The notes beneath the pieces are model-generated. The model saw nothing but the letters and a program-made list of their open reading frames with translations. It did no database searches and had not been told where the DNA came from. From contig CAVWVQ010000003.1 in NCBI GenBank assembly GCA_963758525.1, forward strand, positions 3,072,001 through 3,136,000: a DNA stretch of 64,000 nt, read 5' to 3'. This DNA is from an uncultured Phycisphaerales bacterium. GTDB taxonomy: Bacteria > Planctomycetota > Phycisphaerae > Tepidisphaerales > Tepidisphaeraceae. Positions 9,401 through 19,089 of this stretch are shown here, piece after piece. A program made the translations under genes and the position numbers. The first letter of the stretch is position 1; each line of letters begins with the position of its first letter.

Positions 9401-12051
9401 CAGGCTTCGTGACAGTCACTCCGACGGGCATGACGAACAATGCGGCGGACAATGCGACCCTGAACACCACGGGCAGCATCGCTTCCTCAGCGGCAGTCAC
9501 GGTCAATTCGGAAGCGAACGATGGCGGCTTCGGCATCGGCACAATCAACTTCAACAGCACAACGCCGACGATTGCCAGCCTGTCGGGCAACGGCAGCGTG
9601 GTGCTTAACAATGCCGGCGGCACGACGCTGACAGTGAGCGGCGGCGGGACTTTCTCCGGCGCGATCAGCCAGGGCAACGGCGGAACCGGTAGCCTGACCA
9701 TATCTGGCGGCACGCTGACCTTGTCCGGCGCAAACGCTTACACGGGCACGACTTCGGTCACGGCCGGCACCCTCAGCCTCACCGGTTCACTGACCAGCAA
9801 TGTCTCGACCAGCAGCACCGGCGTAGTCACGGAAAGCAGCGGCGGAGTCATCGGCGGTGCCAGCGCAACCTTTACGCAAGGCAGCCCCGGCAAAACGTCG
9901 ACTCTCGCGGGCGCCAACAGCTACGGCGGCACGACGACGGTCAGCACGGGTACGTTAGTCCTTTCAGGCAGCAACAGTTCGTCGGGGGCGACGACGGTGT
10001 CCGGGGGAACACTGCAATTGGCCAACACGGCGAGCGATGGCGGCCTGGCCAGCGGCACCCTAAGCCTGAGCGGCGGCACACTCCAGGCCACCGTGGCGGT
10101 TCCCTCCATCACGAATGCGGTCTCCCTGACGGCCAACAGCACGATATCGGGATCTCAAGCCCTGACGCTGGCCGGTGTGCTTACCAACTCGGGCGCCAGT
10201 TCGACCCTCACGGTGAATAATTCGGCCGCCACCGCGATCACCGGCGGCAATGTCTATCTGTCGGAGGCAACCGGCACGGGCCGGACGCTCACGATCAACG
10301 GCTCGGGCGCCGTCACGATTGGCGACGCTATCGCGAATTACAGCGGCGGGGCGGGCACGGCCAGCGCGCTGACCTACAGCGGCAGCGGCACTCTAACGCT
10401 CTCGGGCAACAACAGTTATACGGGCAATACGTCGGTCACCACAGGCATCCTCGTCCTGAGCGGGGCCAACAGCAACGGCTCTTCCGCCACGACTTCGGTA
10501 AGCAATGGCGCGACGCTCCAATTGCAGGCTAACAACAGCAATATCACGTCAAACGCTTCTTCCGCGCTCGGCACCGGTTCAGGCAAGCTGGCCCTGAACG
10601 ATGGATCGACGCTGCAACTGCGTTCCGACACCAGCGTGACCTTTAACGGCACGGACGCCCTCGGCGGCCTCAATGGCAGGACGATCACGATCGATGTGAA
10701 TAATATCACGGCCGGTACCGCCAACGGTGTCAGCAACTTAGGAACCCCCCAAGGCCGGACCCTGAGCCTGGCCACCGCCACAACCGGCCTCGGCACGACC
10801 GGCCAATTCAACATCACTGGCGGCGACGGCTACACCCTGGCCTTCGGCCCGCTTGCCGCTGCCAATACAAGCGGCCAAACCTGGACCTTCAATCCGACCA
10901 GCGCGTCGGCCACCATCGCCAGCTACACCAGTAATGTGTCGGTGGCTTCCAATACACTCGCGCTTGCCGGCACCTCGACGGGCAATGCTGTCCTGGGCGC
11001 GATCACCAATGGCTCGGCAACAGCCATTGCCGTGACCAAATCCGGCGCCAGCACCTGGACGCTCTCTGGTGCAAATACGTATTCCGGCGGGACAACGATT
11101 GCCGGCGGCACGCTCGCTTTGTCCCCGGCTTCGGGCACCAACAACATCGGGTCTTCCAAGTTCATCAACGTCGGCAGCGGAGCCTTCTTCAACGTCACTG
11201 CCGTCAACGGAACCGCGAACAACAGTTTCGCGTTGAACGGCACGCAAACCCAAACCACCAGCCAGATCCTCGGCGGCGTCGGCACTGTGACCGGAGCGGT
11301 TGCGATCGCCAACGGAGCGACGCTTTCCGCCGGCACCAACAGCGGCACGGGAAAGGTGAATGTCGTCAGTTCCCCCGCGAGTTCCACGCTGGTTCCCGCC
11401 ACCGGCAGCACGGATACCATCGGCACGCTGAACACTGGCAACCTGACCTTGGGAGCCGCCACCGGCGCGAGCGGAAATCTGGCTGTTAAGATTTCCGACA
11501 TGCCTTCGTCCGGAACTCCGACCGCGGGCGCCGCTGGCACCAACTATGATACGGTGGCCGCGCAAACGATCACCGTGCCCTCTAATTCGCCAACACCGCC
11601 GGCAAACCCCTTCAACGTGCAACTGCTGGGGTACGGGAAGGTCTCCAGCGTCGTGACGGCAAATGCCGCCTCGGCGAATTTTAATCCGGCTTCCACCTAT
11701 GTCTGGCAGATCGCCTCGTACACCTCCACCAATATTCCCGGAGCCGCCGACGGCACGACCGTCATCCTGACCAGCGGCGGTGGCCAGAGTCCCGTGACGA
11801 CGGGGTCGAACTCGGTCGCGGGTCTGTTCAGCCTCGACACCAGCGGTTTTGCCAGCGCGAACTCAATCCCCGGAGCCCAGCAGGGCGCGTTCTATCTGGA
11901 AGACGTTGGAACCACTGGCACCGCCGGAACATTGGACGTGGTCTACAACGCCACGCCGGAGCCGGGCACGGCGATGCTGCTGCTGGCTGGGGGATTACCG
12001 ATGCTGGTCGCTCGTCGCCGCCGTCGAAAGGCGGTCGCGGACGCAAGTTGA
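6409..12051 (+). CDS. Large Gly/Thr/Ser/Asn-rich surface protein with autotransporter-associated beta-strand repeats and PEP-CTERM sorting signal
   Basis: Many TKxGxGTLTLSGxNTYTGxTTVxxGTL repeats; ends TPEPGTAMLLLAGGLPMLVARRRRRK; no autotransporter barrel. Confidence 0.92.
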   Translation: MTRNNRALSTPANRKSDSLRTRTQSELRRRRLTCACAAIAAGSAGLSSLIARAASNDAWGTAPSSQNFSGTNWTTGTTTPGANTGSAASGDALYFGNSTITTLNNDDSNYSFSGLIFNAGAAAGFTINGNSFTLTGNVTNSSTNLEAINAPIATIAARTFTMTSGGGNISLGGNISGTGGGLTLAGTGVLALSGSNSFTGVVSIGSTATLQLQANSSNTASGISSVLPTQNMLIAALPSGATIQLRADSSIASNGVVAFDSGATTFGNSGAGLKLTGNLNFDVNQLTTGSVPTTLQFGATSAVWQVGTGTTTFNVTGGAGYSLQIGSLNVGNNQAVVFNPTTANMIVGAIGNTSGTITKNGAGTLTLNGNNSYTGNTVVSASAGILILSGANNNGAIATTTVNNGATLQLQANNGNTSNFTTASTALGTASGKLALNDGSTLQLRSDTSVTFNGTDNLPSLNSKTITIDVNNITAGTTNGVSNLGTPQGRTLSLATATTGLGSTGQFNITGGDGYTLAFGPLAAANGTGQTWTFNPTSASATIASYTSNVSVASNTLALAGTSTGNAVLGAITNGSATAIAVTKSGTSTWTLGGTNTYTGATTVNGGTLNITGSTGSGSAVAVNGGGTLSGTGTVGGAVTVAGGTSSSTYGTISVGQGPLTLSSLTLGGSTNSSNSNFSQLNLATATGNTSAAEIAVTGALTTNNAGATITINPAGIAGGQTYELVSFSGSGTYDGSAFATGSGQSSIDGFTLSTSNPSFGVSDSLTVTAASNGLLELVTTGQTYANLWWYGNLGTAWNANNGSIGNFTQDAAGTTPAQALPSSGTTVNFSATGANNTGPITLGQAFTIAGLNFLAADTNSAAFPAINITDSSNSLTIGTSTGITDANNAGVTLSVQNLIPSVSQTWTNSSGALFTIGNVAGPGTAGTTTLTLTNSSSGGTTISGVIGNGTPSGALALIVKNTGAGVTTLSNTNNTYSGGTTLNGGTLTSAVTGGFGTGFVTVTPTGMTNNAADNATLNTTGSIASSAAVTVNSEANDGGFGIGTINFNSTTPTIASLSGNGSVVLNNAGGTTLTVSGGGTFSGAISQGNGGTGSLTISGGTLTLSGANAYTGTTSVTAGTLSLTGSLTSNVSTSSTGVVTESSGGVIGGASATFTQGSPGKTSTLAGANSYGGTTTVSTGTLVLSGSNSSSGATTVSGGTLQLANTASDGGLASGTLSLSGGTLQATVAVPSITNAVSLTANSTISGSQALTLAGVLTNSGASSTLTVNNSAATAITGGNVYLSEATGTGRTLTINGSGAVTIGDAIANYSGGAGTASALTYSGSGTLTLSGNNSYTGNTSVTTGILVLSGANSNGSSATTSVSNGATLQLQANNSNITSNASSALGTGSGKLALNDGSTLQLRSDTSVTFNGTDALGGLNGRTITIDVNNITAGTANGVSNLGTPQGRTLSLATATTGLGTTGQFNITGGDGYTLAFGPLAAANTSGQTWTFNPTSASATIASYTSNVSVASNTLALAGTSTGNAVLGAITNGSATAIAVTKSGASTWTLSGANTYSGGTTIAGGTLALSPASGTNNIGSSKFINVGSGAFFNVTAVNGTANNSFALNGTQTQTTSQILGGVGTVTGAVAIANGATLSAGTNSGTGKVNVVSSPASSTLVPATGSTDTIGTLNTGNLTLGAATGASGNLAVKISDMPSSGTPTAGAAGTNYDTVAAQTITVPSNSPTPPANPFNVQLLGYGKVSSVVTANAASANFNPASTYVWQIASYTSTNIPGAADGTTVILTSGGGQSPVTTGSNSVAGLFSLDTSGFASANSIPGAQQGAFYLEDVGTTGTAGTLDVVYNATPEPGTAMLLLAGGLPMLVARRRRRKAVADAS
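7699..11045 (+). repeat. Intragenic near-identical duplication: 7699-8165 repeated at 10579-11045 (offset 2880 nt)
   Basis: Long identical stretches, e.g. tcaggcaagctggccctgaacgatggatcgacgctgcaactgcgttccgacaccag, in both copies. Confidence 0.95.
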
Positions 12052-12052
12052 T

Positions 12053-12238
12053 GTGGCATGGGCATCCTGCCCATGGCCGCGATACTCCGCGGCGTTGGTC
12101 GGCACGCTGGCCAACCAGCAGGAGCGCAGCGATCTTCTCCGTTCCCCAAGCAGAAGAACGCTGCGCTCGGGTTTGTTCGACCGGAGTACCGATCGATGTC
12201 GCGGGGTACCGCGACCATGGGCAAGATGCCCATGCCAC
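12053..12238. repeat. REPIN-like 186-bp hairpin with GTGG-type REP ends
   Basis: gtggcatgggcatcctgcccatgg ... ccatgggcaagatgcccatgccac; arms continue imperfectly for about 60 bp. Confidence 0.85.
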
Positions 12239-12311
12239 GAACGCCGCCGCGCTCGCGCTGAATCCGTGATGCGCGCCGGCCCGGGTCACCGCTGTGTTTT
12301 GAGGTTTTGCC

Positions 12312-13367
12312 ATGTCTCGACAACGGGGATTATATATTCTTGATCCGAACTCCTTCGGGCTGATCTATGGCCCCGATGAGCAACGCGACATTGCGGCGCA
12401 CGTGGAGATCACGGCTGCGCCCCTCTCGGCACGCGAGGCGCTCGCCCGGCCGGAGCTACTGGCAGAAGCGGATGTGATCTTCTCCGGCTGGAAGGGGCCG
12501 ATGCTCGACGATGCGTTCTTCGCCGCCGCTCCAAAACTCAAGGCCATTTTCTACGGCGCGGGCTCGATGGGGTACATCCTCACTCCGGCCGTCTGGGAGC
12601 GGGGCATCGTCGTGACCAGCGCGCTGGAAGCCAACGCGGTTCCCGTCGCTGAGTACGCGCTGGCAACGATTCTCTTTTCTCTCAAGCACGGGTGGAAGCT
12701 GGCCAGGATGACAAAGGCCGGCCGCTGCCACCCCGGTCGGGATCACGTCCCCGGTTGTTACGGGAGCACGGTGGGATTGGCTTCGCTGGGGGCGATTGCC
12801 CGGAAGTTGCTGGAGTTGCTGCGGCCATTTGACTTGAATGTGCTCGTGTACGACCCGTTCCTTGCCGAGCATGACGCGGCGGCGCTGGATATCGAGCTGG
12901 TCTCACTGGACGCCATTTTCCAGCGAGCCGACGTGGTGTCGCTGCACACGCCGATTTTTCCCGAAACATTCGGGATGATCACCGGCGATCACCTCGACAG
13001 CATGAAGCCCGGAGCGACGTTCATCAACACCGCGCGCGGGGAACTGGTGCGCGAGGACGAGATGATCGAGGTTCTCTCCCTGCGGCCGGATCTGCAGGCG
13101 GTGCTGGACGTGACGTTTCCCGAACCTCCCGCAGCCGATTCACCGCTCTATACCCTTGAGAACGTCGTGCTCACGCCGCACATCGCTGGATCGGCCGGCA
13201 ACGAGTGTCGGCGGATGGGGCGATGCATGGTCGAGGAATTGGAGCGCTACCTGTCGGGCGAGCCCCTCAAGTATGCGCTGACGGAGAACTCGGTGCTGCG
13301 ATCATCGCATCGGCCGCTGGGGGCGCCCATTCCGCCCGCAGCGCGACAGCCGGCAATGGCGCTCTGA
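12312..13367 (+). CDS. D-isomer-specific 2-hydroxyacid dehydrogenase
   Basis: VGLASLGAIAR nucleotide-binding loop, FINTARG, AVLDV, PEP, TPHIAG. Confidence 0.93.
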   Translation: MSRQRGLYILDPNSFGLIYGPDEQRDIAAHVEITAAPLSAREALARPELLAEADVIFSGWKGPMLDDAFFAAAPKLKAIFYGAGSMGYILTPAVWERGIVVTSALEANAVPVAEYALATILFSLKHGWKLARMTKAGRCHPGRDHVPGCYGSTVGLASLGAIARKLLELLRPFDLNVLVYDPFLAEHDAAALDIELVSLDAIFQRADVVSLHTPIFPETFGMITGDHLDSMKPGATFINTARGELVREDEMIEVLSLRPDLQAVLDVTFPEPPAADSPLYTLENVVLTPHIAGSAGNECRRMGRCMVEELERYLSGEPLKYALTENSVLRSSHRPLGAPIPPAARQPAMAL

Positions 13368-13469
13368 GCGATCCGGGGAGGAAGTGATGTTGCAAGTACT
13401 ATTTGTGTCAGGCTCCCTTGAAATCATTGAACGCTGCGCAACGCGGAGCAGCTACGACCGTAATCCAAC

Positions 13470-13510
13470 GCACGGAGGCACCGAGGCACGGAGGCACGAA
13501 GGGAAGGAAG
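13470..13510. repeat. (GGAGGCAC)n octamer array directly before start codon
   Basis: gcacggaggcaccgaggcacggaggcacgaagggaaggaag. Confidence 0.8.
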
Positions 13511-13514
13511 CGAA

Positions 13515-14762
13515 ATGCATATCCTCGTGATGGCGCTTGCATGCCTGATGGCGGGCGATTTGGTCTCGGTTGCCTCCGCCGCTGGTCCTGACACGGCCGC
13601 TGGCGAGACGCCGCAAGCACTCCAAGAGGCATCACCGCAGGCCGTGCGAAAGGCGGGCCCTTTTGTTCATCCGGGCTTGCTGAGCACCGAACAAGACTTT
13701 CGGCGGATGAAGGCCATGGTGGATGCGGGGCGCGAGCCTTGGAAATCTGACTGGGAGAAGCTGATCGCCAACCCGCATGCCTCCCTCAAATGGGAGCCGC
13801 GTCCGGCCCAGGTCATTTACCGGGGAAAAGCAAGAGGTCAGACGGCGAGGGAAAACTATGTGCAGTTATACCGGGATACGGCCACGGCCTACTCATTGGC
13901 GTTGAGGTGGCGCATTTCCGGAGATCCCGCGTATGGGCGCCAGGCGGTGGTGGTTCTCAATGCGTGGGCTGCAACGCTGACGAAGATTTCCGGCGATTCG
14001 AATGCCTGCCTGGCCCTCGGCATTTATGGGTACCAATTCGCCTGCGCCGCCGAGATCATGCGCACCTTTGACGCTTGGGATCGACAGGATTTTGCCCGAT
14101 TCCAGGAAATGATGCTGCGGGTGTTCTACCCGGCCAACTCCGATTTTCTCATTCGCCACAACAACACCAAGATCGACCATTACTGGTGCAACTGGGACGC
14201 CTGCAATATGTGCTCCATGCTCGCCATCGGGGTGCTCTGCGACAAGCGGCCGATCTATGACGAGGCCGTGGATTATTTCAAGCATGGAAAGGGAAACGGG
14301 GCAATCGAGCAAGCAGTTTATTTCATTCATCCAGACGGTCTTGGCCAATGGCAGGAGAGCGGGCGCGATCAGGCCCACACCATGATGGGAGTTGGTCTGC
14401 TGGCAACTTTCTGCCAGATGGCCTGGAACCAGGGGGATGATCTATATGGGTACGACAACAATCGTTTGCTGTCGGGCGCCGAGTATGTCGCAAAGTACAA
14501 CCTGGGCGAAGACGTCCCCTATCAAACTTACAAGAACAGCCTCGCGACTCAGCCGGAGATCAGCTCGTTCGGCAGGGGCGGCCAGCGGCCGATATGGGAA
14601 ATCCTCTACAACCATTACGTGAAGCTCAAGGGACTGCCCGCGCCGTACGTAACCCGGGCCGCCGAATCCGTCCGGCCCGAAGGCGGCGCCGGGGATTATG
14701 GCCCGAACAGCGGCGGTTTTGACATGCTCGGGTATGGCACGCTGACCTTCACGTTGAACTAG
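13515..14762 (+). CDS. Alginate lyase family (alpha/alpha toroid) secreted protein
   Basis: Signal peptide; FVHPGLL; HYWCNWD; GQWQESGRDQAH; GYGTLTFT. Confidence 0.85.
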   Translation: MHILVMALACLMAGDLVSVASAAGPDTAAGETPQALQEASPQAVRKAGPFVHPGLLSTEQDFRRMKAMVDAGREPWKSDWEKLIANPHASLKWEPRPAQVIYRGKARGQTARENYVQLYRDTATAYSLALRWRISGDPAYGRQAVVVLNAWAATLTKISGDSNACLALGIYGYQFACAAEIMRTFDAWDRQDFARFQEMMLRVFYPANSDFLIRHNNTKIDHYWCNWDACNMCSMLAIGVLCDKRPIYDEAVDYFKHGKGNGAIEQAVYFIHPDGLGQWQESGRDQAHTMMGVGLLATFCQMAWNQGDDLYGYDNNRLLSGAEYVAKYNLGEDVPYQTYKNSLATQPEISSFGRGGQRPIWEILYNHYVKLKGLPAPYVTRAAESVRPEGGAGDYGPNSGGFDMLGYGTLTFTLN

Positions 14763-15592
14763 GCTCTGTCTGACGGATCGAGAACCCTCAGGTATTTCAG
14801 CATGATAGCGAGTTTGGCGAAGCTCAAGAAGTTAAGAGCCAGCTTCTCATAGCGTGTTCCCAGCCGACGACATTCCTTGAGCCATCCGATAGCACACTCG
14901 ATGCGGCTTCGTTTGCGGTAGCTGCTTTTATCGAATCGCTCGCCCTTTGGTCGTGGCTGATTGGATTTGCGCGGGATGACGGCTTCGATCCCGCAATCGG
15001 CCAGGAACTGGCGAACGGTTTCGTAGCTGTACCCTTTGTCGCCCGCGATCTTCCCCGGCCAGCCGATGTGCAGGGGCGCTGCACCGCGTGCATCACCTTG
15101 TGGAGCTGCGTGGATTCGTGCGTTTGCCCCGCGGTAACGGTGACGGCGAGCACAAGGCCCTTTCCGTCAGTAACCACGTGGAACTTTGATCCCCATCCGC
15201 CGCGCGAGCGGCCCAGCGCGTGGTCGGCCGGTTCGAAGTCGAGGCCGCGCCCCCTTTGCGCGCCCGGCGGCAGCGCGAGAAGCACGCACATTGGAGCCGT
15301 CGACGAGCCAGAGATCCCAATCGATCTTGCCCTCCTTGTTGAGTCGAATCCGCAGTGCTTTGAGGATGCGATCGAAGAAGCCTTCGCGCCGCCAGCGGTT
15401 GAAGCGATCATAGACGCTCTTCCATTTCCCGTAGCGTTCGGGCATGTCTCGCCATGGAGCTCCGGAGCGAAGAATCCAGAGCATCCCATTGAGCGTGATG
15501 CGGTGGTCGTTCCATCGTCCGCCACGTTTTTGTACGGGGAAAAGTGCCTTGATCAGGTTCCAGTGATCATCCGTGAGTTCATAGCGCGCCAT
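14759..15592 (-). CDS. IS5-family DDE transposase, split ORFs (orfA 15592-15167; likely -1 shift at AAAGGGGG ~15255; further breaks ~15075 and ~14825)
   Basis: MARYELTDDHW...WRDMPERYGKWKSVYDRFNRW; LGRSRGGWGSKFHVVTDGKG; DKGY; TRYEKLA; ends DPSDRA*. Confidence 0.9.
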
Positions 15593-15681
15593 GTGTCCTC
15601 CATGTGGAGAACATCATGACGATCATAGAAGAATGCGCAACACCTAACGAGCGCCGAACATTCGATCCGTCAGACAGAGCC
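14762..15681 (-). mobile_element. IS5-family insertion sequence (920 bp), 20-bp perfect terminal inverted repeats, TA target duplication
   Basis: GGCTCTGTCTGACGGATCGA at 14762-14781 and its reverse complement at 15662-15681; TA at 14760-14761 and 15682-15683. Confidence 0.95.
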
Positions 15682-15940
15682 TAATGCGCCAGCTCCGGAG
15701 CAAATCGCGGAAGGAATCGGCTATACAGGATGAACAGGATGGTGGTCCCCCCCGAGTACGAGGGGAGGAGGCAGGAAATCGCCTCCCGGATTTTCCGGCA
15801 CGCCGGTCCGACAACTCGGCTTCAGTTGCACGGCCGCGATCTCAGACTCGAAGCCCGCGCAACGAATTTCGCGGACGCAAGTTCTTGGCCGCGGCGTCAG
15901 GGAAAGACGGGAGCAATGTTCTTCGGTACACTCAAAACTC

Positions 15941-16783
15941 ATGGCAGACTCGCCGCCACTGGAAACTGAATTTGGGATGGTGCAGGCCCATTACGACCTG
16001 AGCGATCAGTTCTTCGCGCTATTTCTCGATCCCTCGCTGGCATACACCTGCGCGTACTTTCAATCGCCGCAATCGACGCTGGCCGAAGCGCAAATGGCGA
16101 AGATGGATCTGTCGCTGGGCAAGTGCGAGCTCAAGCCGGGGCAACGGCTCCTGGAGATCGGTTGCGGCTGGGGCGCGATGGCGGTGCGGGCCTGGGAGAA
16201 GCATGGCGTGAGCGTCACCGGGCTGACGCTCAGCCGCAATCAGCATGCACACTGCCAAGCGCTGGCGGCGGGGCGCGAGGGTCTGGACTTCCGGCTCGAA
16301 GGATGGGAGACGTTTCACGAAAAAGTGGATCGGATCGTCGCCATCGGTGCGTTCGAGCACTTCGGCGCCGCGAAACACGCCGCTTTCTTCGAGCGATGCC
16401 GCTCGCTCCTGCCGGCTGACGGGGTATTGGTGCTGCACATGATCACGGTGGGCAAGCCGTGCAACACGTTCGCCTTTAAGCGGTTTCTGCACTTTCTGGA
16501 TGCGAAGATCTTTCCCGGCTCATATCTGCCGCCGCCGCCTGAGCGGGTGATTGAGTTCGCCCGCAACGGCGGGTTTGAGCCGGTGCACATGGAGAGTCTT
16601 CGGCCGCATTATGCGCGGACGCTCGATTGCTGGGCAGAGAATCTGCAGCGGGAGCGAGCACGCGCCGTCGAGATCGCCGGGAAGCGGACGTACAACGACT
16701 ACGTCAAATACCTCACGGGTTGCGCGGCCTATTTCCGAAGCGGCGAATGCAACCTGCACCAGTTCAAGCTGCGGATGGCGTGA
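15941..16783 (+). CDS. Cyclopropane fatty-acyl/mycolic-acid synthase family SAM methyltransferase
   Basis: VQAHYDLSDQFFALFLDPSLAYTCAYF, LLEIGCGWG, IGAFEHFG, IFPG, HYARTL. Confidence 0.93.
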   Translation: MADSPPLETEFGMVQAHYDLSDQFFALFLDPSLAYTCAYFQSPQSTLAEAQMAKMDLSLGKCELKPGQRLLEIGCGWGAMAVRAWEKHGVSVTGLTLSRNQHAHCQALAAGREGLDFRLEGWETFHEKVDRIVAIGAFEHFGAAKHAAFFERCRSLLPADGVLVLHMITVGKPCNTFAFKRFLHFLDAKIFPGSYLPPPPERVIEFARNGGFEPVHMESLRPHYARTLDCWAENLQRERARAVEIAGKRTYNDYVKYLTGCAAYFRSGECNLHQFKLRMA

Positions 16784-16860
16784 TTGATTGACATCATCCC
16801 CGGCATCGGCACAATCCGCACTGCACCGGGGCGGTTGCGGAATTAGCGAGGGATGGATTC

Positions 16861-17175
16861 ATGCTACTGACGAAGCACGAAGGGGCGACCTTTCAAAATC
16901 AGACGATCTATATCAGCGGCCAGGCATTTATCCGCTGCAATTTCGTCGCCTGCACGCTGGTACTGCGGGAGACGACGTATCATCTCGAACAATGCACGTT
17001 CGACCGCTGCAACTGGCATGTGAACTGGATGCTCCTCTGGGGAAGCCGCGAGTCGGTGGCCGACATCAAGGCACTCGTGACGCTCATCGAACAGGCTCAG
17101 CAACAACTCGGCCCGGCTCAGGACGGCAGCGCTCCCAGGGCCGAGGGAACTGGGCCTACCCCATTCGCTGGATAA
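16861..17175 (+). CDS. Small hypothetical protein (beta-helix-like N-terminus)
   Basis: SD-like GAGGGA; TFQNQTIYISGQAFIRCNFVACTL...CTFDRCNW; 3' end uncertain. Confidence 0.65.
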   Translation: MLLTKHEGATFQNQTIYISGQAFIRCNFVACTLVLRETTYHLEQCTFDRCNWHVNWMLLWGSRESVADIKALVTLIEQAQQQLGPAQDGSAPRAEGTGPTPFAG

Positions 17176-18805
17176 TCCCGCTGCTCCTGATGTTCTGCCC
17201 GTCCGCGCAGGCGCTGGAGCCGGATCAAATTGCGCTGATCGTGAACGACAAGTCGCAGGGGAGCCGGATGCTGGCGGACTTCTACGCGCAGCAGCGGCAG
17301 ATTCCGGCAGGACGCGTTATCACGCTCTCGATTCCGCAGCCGGACGCGTCGAGTCCGTTGGAGGAGATTCCCTTTGATGATTACGAGTCGAGGCTCGCGC
17401 AGCCGGTCCGGGACTTTCTAAACCGCAATGGGCTCAAGGACCGCGTGAAGTGCCTTGTGACGTTCTGGGGAGTGCCGCTGCGTGCTGCCAGGCGGGAGCT
17501 GACGGCCGCGGAGCGTGACGAGCAGCTTGCGATCGGGAACGATTGCAAAGCGCTGCGGCCTCAGATCGAGCAGGAGGTTCGCGCGCTGGAGGCGCTGGCC
17601 CGAGCAGTGAATCCGAAATTTGCGCCGGCGATACCGCCGGCGACCGTCGATGAGGCGCAGGCATTGCTGCGTCGCGCGGACGACGCGCTGGTGGCTGCGG
17701 TGACGGCGCTGGCGGCGATGCCGCCCGGCGCCAACGGGCGGGGCTGTTCGAGCAGCTGACGGGTCTGGCCGCGGAAATCGGGGGCAAGCCCGCTTCAATC
17801 CTGCGGCTCGCGATCCCTCCATTTTCGCAGCTGGCGGCGCAGCCCGTTACCGGTGAACAGCTTGCTGATGCCCGGCATCAACTGGAATTGGCGCGGCAAC
17901 GACTGGCGCCGCTGGACCTTCGCACGCCAGGCGACCGGGCCGCGCAGCGCAACATCACGCGCGACACTCTGGGCCATCTGAATCTGCTGCGCGTGCTGGA
18001 CAACCAGTATCGGCTGCTGCAACCCGAACAAAGCGAGTCCGCCATCGACAGTGAGCTGGCGCTGATCTGGTGGGGGAGTTATCCGCGGTTTCGCTGGCAG
18101 CGCAATCCCCTCTATTGTCATTACGACGGCCCGCAGCCGCCGGGTCCGACGTTGATGGTCATGCGCATCGACGCGCCGACGATTCCGGCAGTACACAATC
18201 TGATCACATCAAGCGTCGCGGTGGAAGCAACGGGTCTGCAGGGAAAAGTGGCGATCGACGCGCGCGGCAAGCTTCCGACGGACGGATATGGAGTGTATGA
18301 CCAGTCGCTCCGCAACCTGGCGGCGCTGCTTCGCCAGCACACGAATCTGGATGTGGTGCTGGACAACCGCGAGGCGCTGTTTCCCCCGCATTCTTTGAAC
18401 GACGTCGCGCTGTATTGCGGCTGGTACAACCTCAGGCACTACGTGCCGTCTTGTCGATTCAGCCGGGGGGCGGTCGGCTTCCATGTTGCCAGCTTCGAAC
18501 TGGTTTCCCTCCACTCACCCGATGAAACCGGCTGGGTTGCAGGGCTGATGAATGATGGCATCACCGCCACGCTCGGGCCGGTCGCGGAGCCGTATCTGGA
18601 ATCGTTTCCCAGGGCCGACGAATTTTTCCCCTTGCTGCTGACGGGAAAGCTGCCGCTGGCGGAGGTCTATTGGCGGACCACCCCAATGGCAAGTTGGATG
18701 CAGGACTGCATCGGCGATCCGCTGTATCGGCCCTATGCGGTCAATCCGCCGCTTGCGACCGATGATTTGCCGGCGAATTTGCGCGGGGCTTTGCAGAAGA
18801 GATAG
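17150..18805 (+). CDS. TIGR03790-family protein (exosortase-associated), frameshifted ~17740; start approximate
   Basis: Signal WIIPLLLMFCPSAQA|LEPDQIALIVN; AIDSELAL; MVMRIDAP; ALYCGWY; GAVGFHVASFE; TLGPVAEPYLESFP; IGDPLYRP. Confidence 0.85.
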
Positions 18806-18857
18806 TTGATTCAACTTCCGGCTGCTCATGGCCGATAAAGAGTTGAAAGGTCAGCCC

Positions 18858-19022
18858 ATGCCGATTCAACTCATTTGTCCGAATCTTCGATGTCGCAAGT
18901 TTTTGTCGGTTCCGGATGAGGTGCGCGGGAAGCTGGTGAAGTGCCAGCATTGCCAGACGATGTTTCGGGTGCCGGATGGCCAAAAGAAGCCCGACCCGTT
19001 GCCGGTGGGGGCGAAGCGGTAG
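18858..19022 (+). CDS. Small zinc-ribbon protein
   Basis: MPIQLICPNLRCRKFLSVPDEVRGKLVKCQHCQTMFRVP; two Cys pairs. Confidence 0.8.
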   Translation: MPIQLICPNLRCRKFLSVPDEVRGKLVKCQHCQTMFRVPDGQKKPDPLPVGAKR

Positions 19023-19089
19023 GGGAGTCGATCGATTCATCGACGCGGTTGACCCAGAGGGACGGACTCTCTGGGTCGTTTGCTGCGCT

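Noticed and set aside
7699..11045. DGR template/variable repeat pair, suggested by the near-identical repeats and an Avd-like gene in the window
   Set aside because: Both copies are in frame in one ORF, mismatches are not adenine-specific (T/C, C/G and CC/GG occur), and no reverse transcriptase is present.
6409..12051. Classical type V autotransporter
   Set aside because: No C-terminal beta-barrel; it ends in a PEP-CTERM signal.
15684..15940. Short ORFs between the IS and the methyltransferase; also 34652-34868
   Set aside because: No recognisable motifs or convincing start signals.
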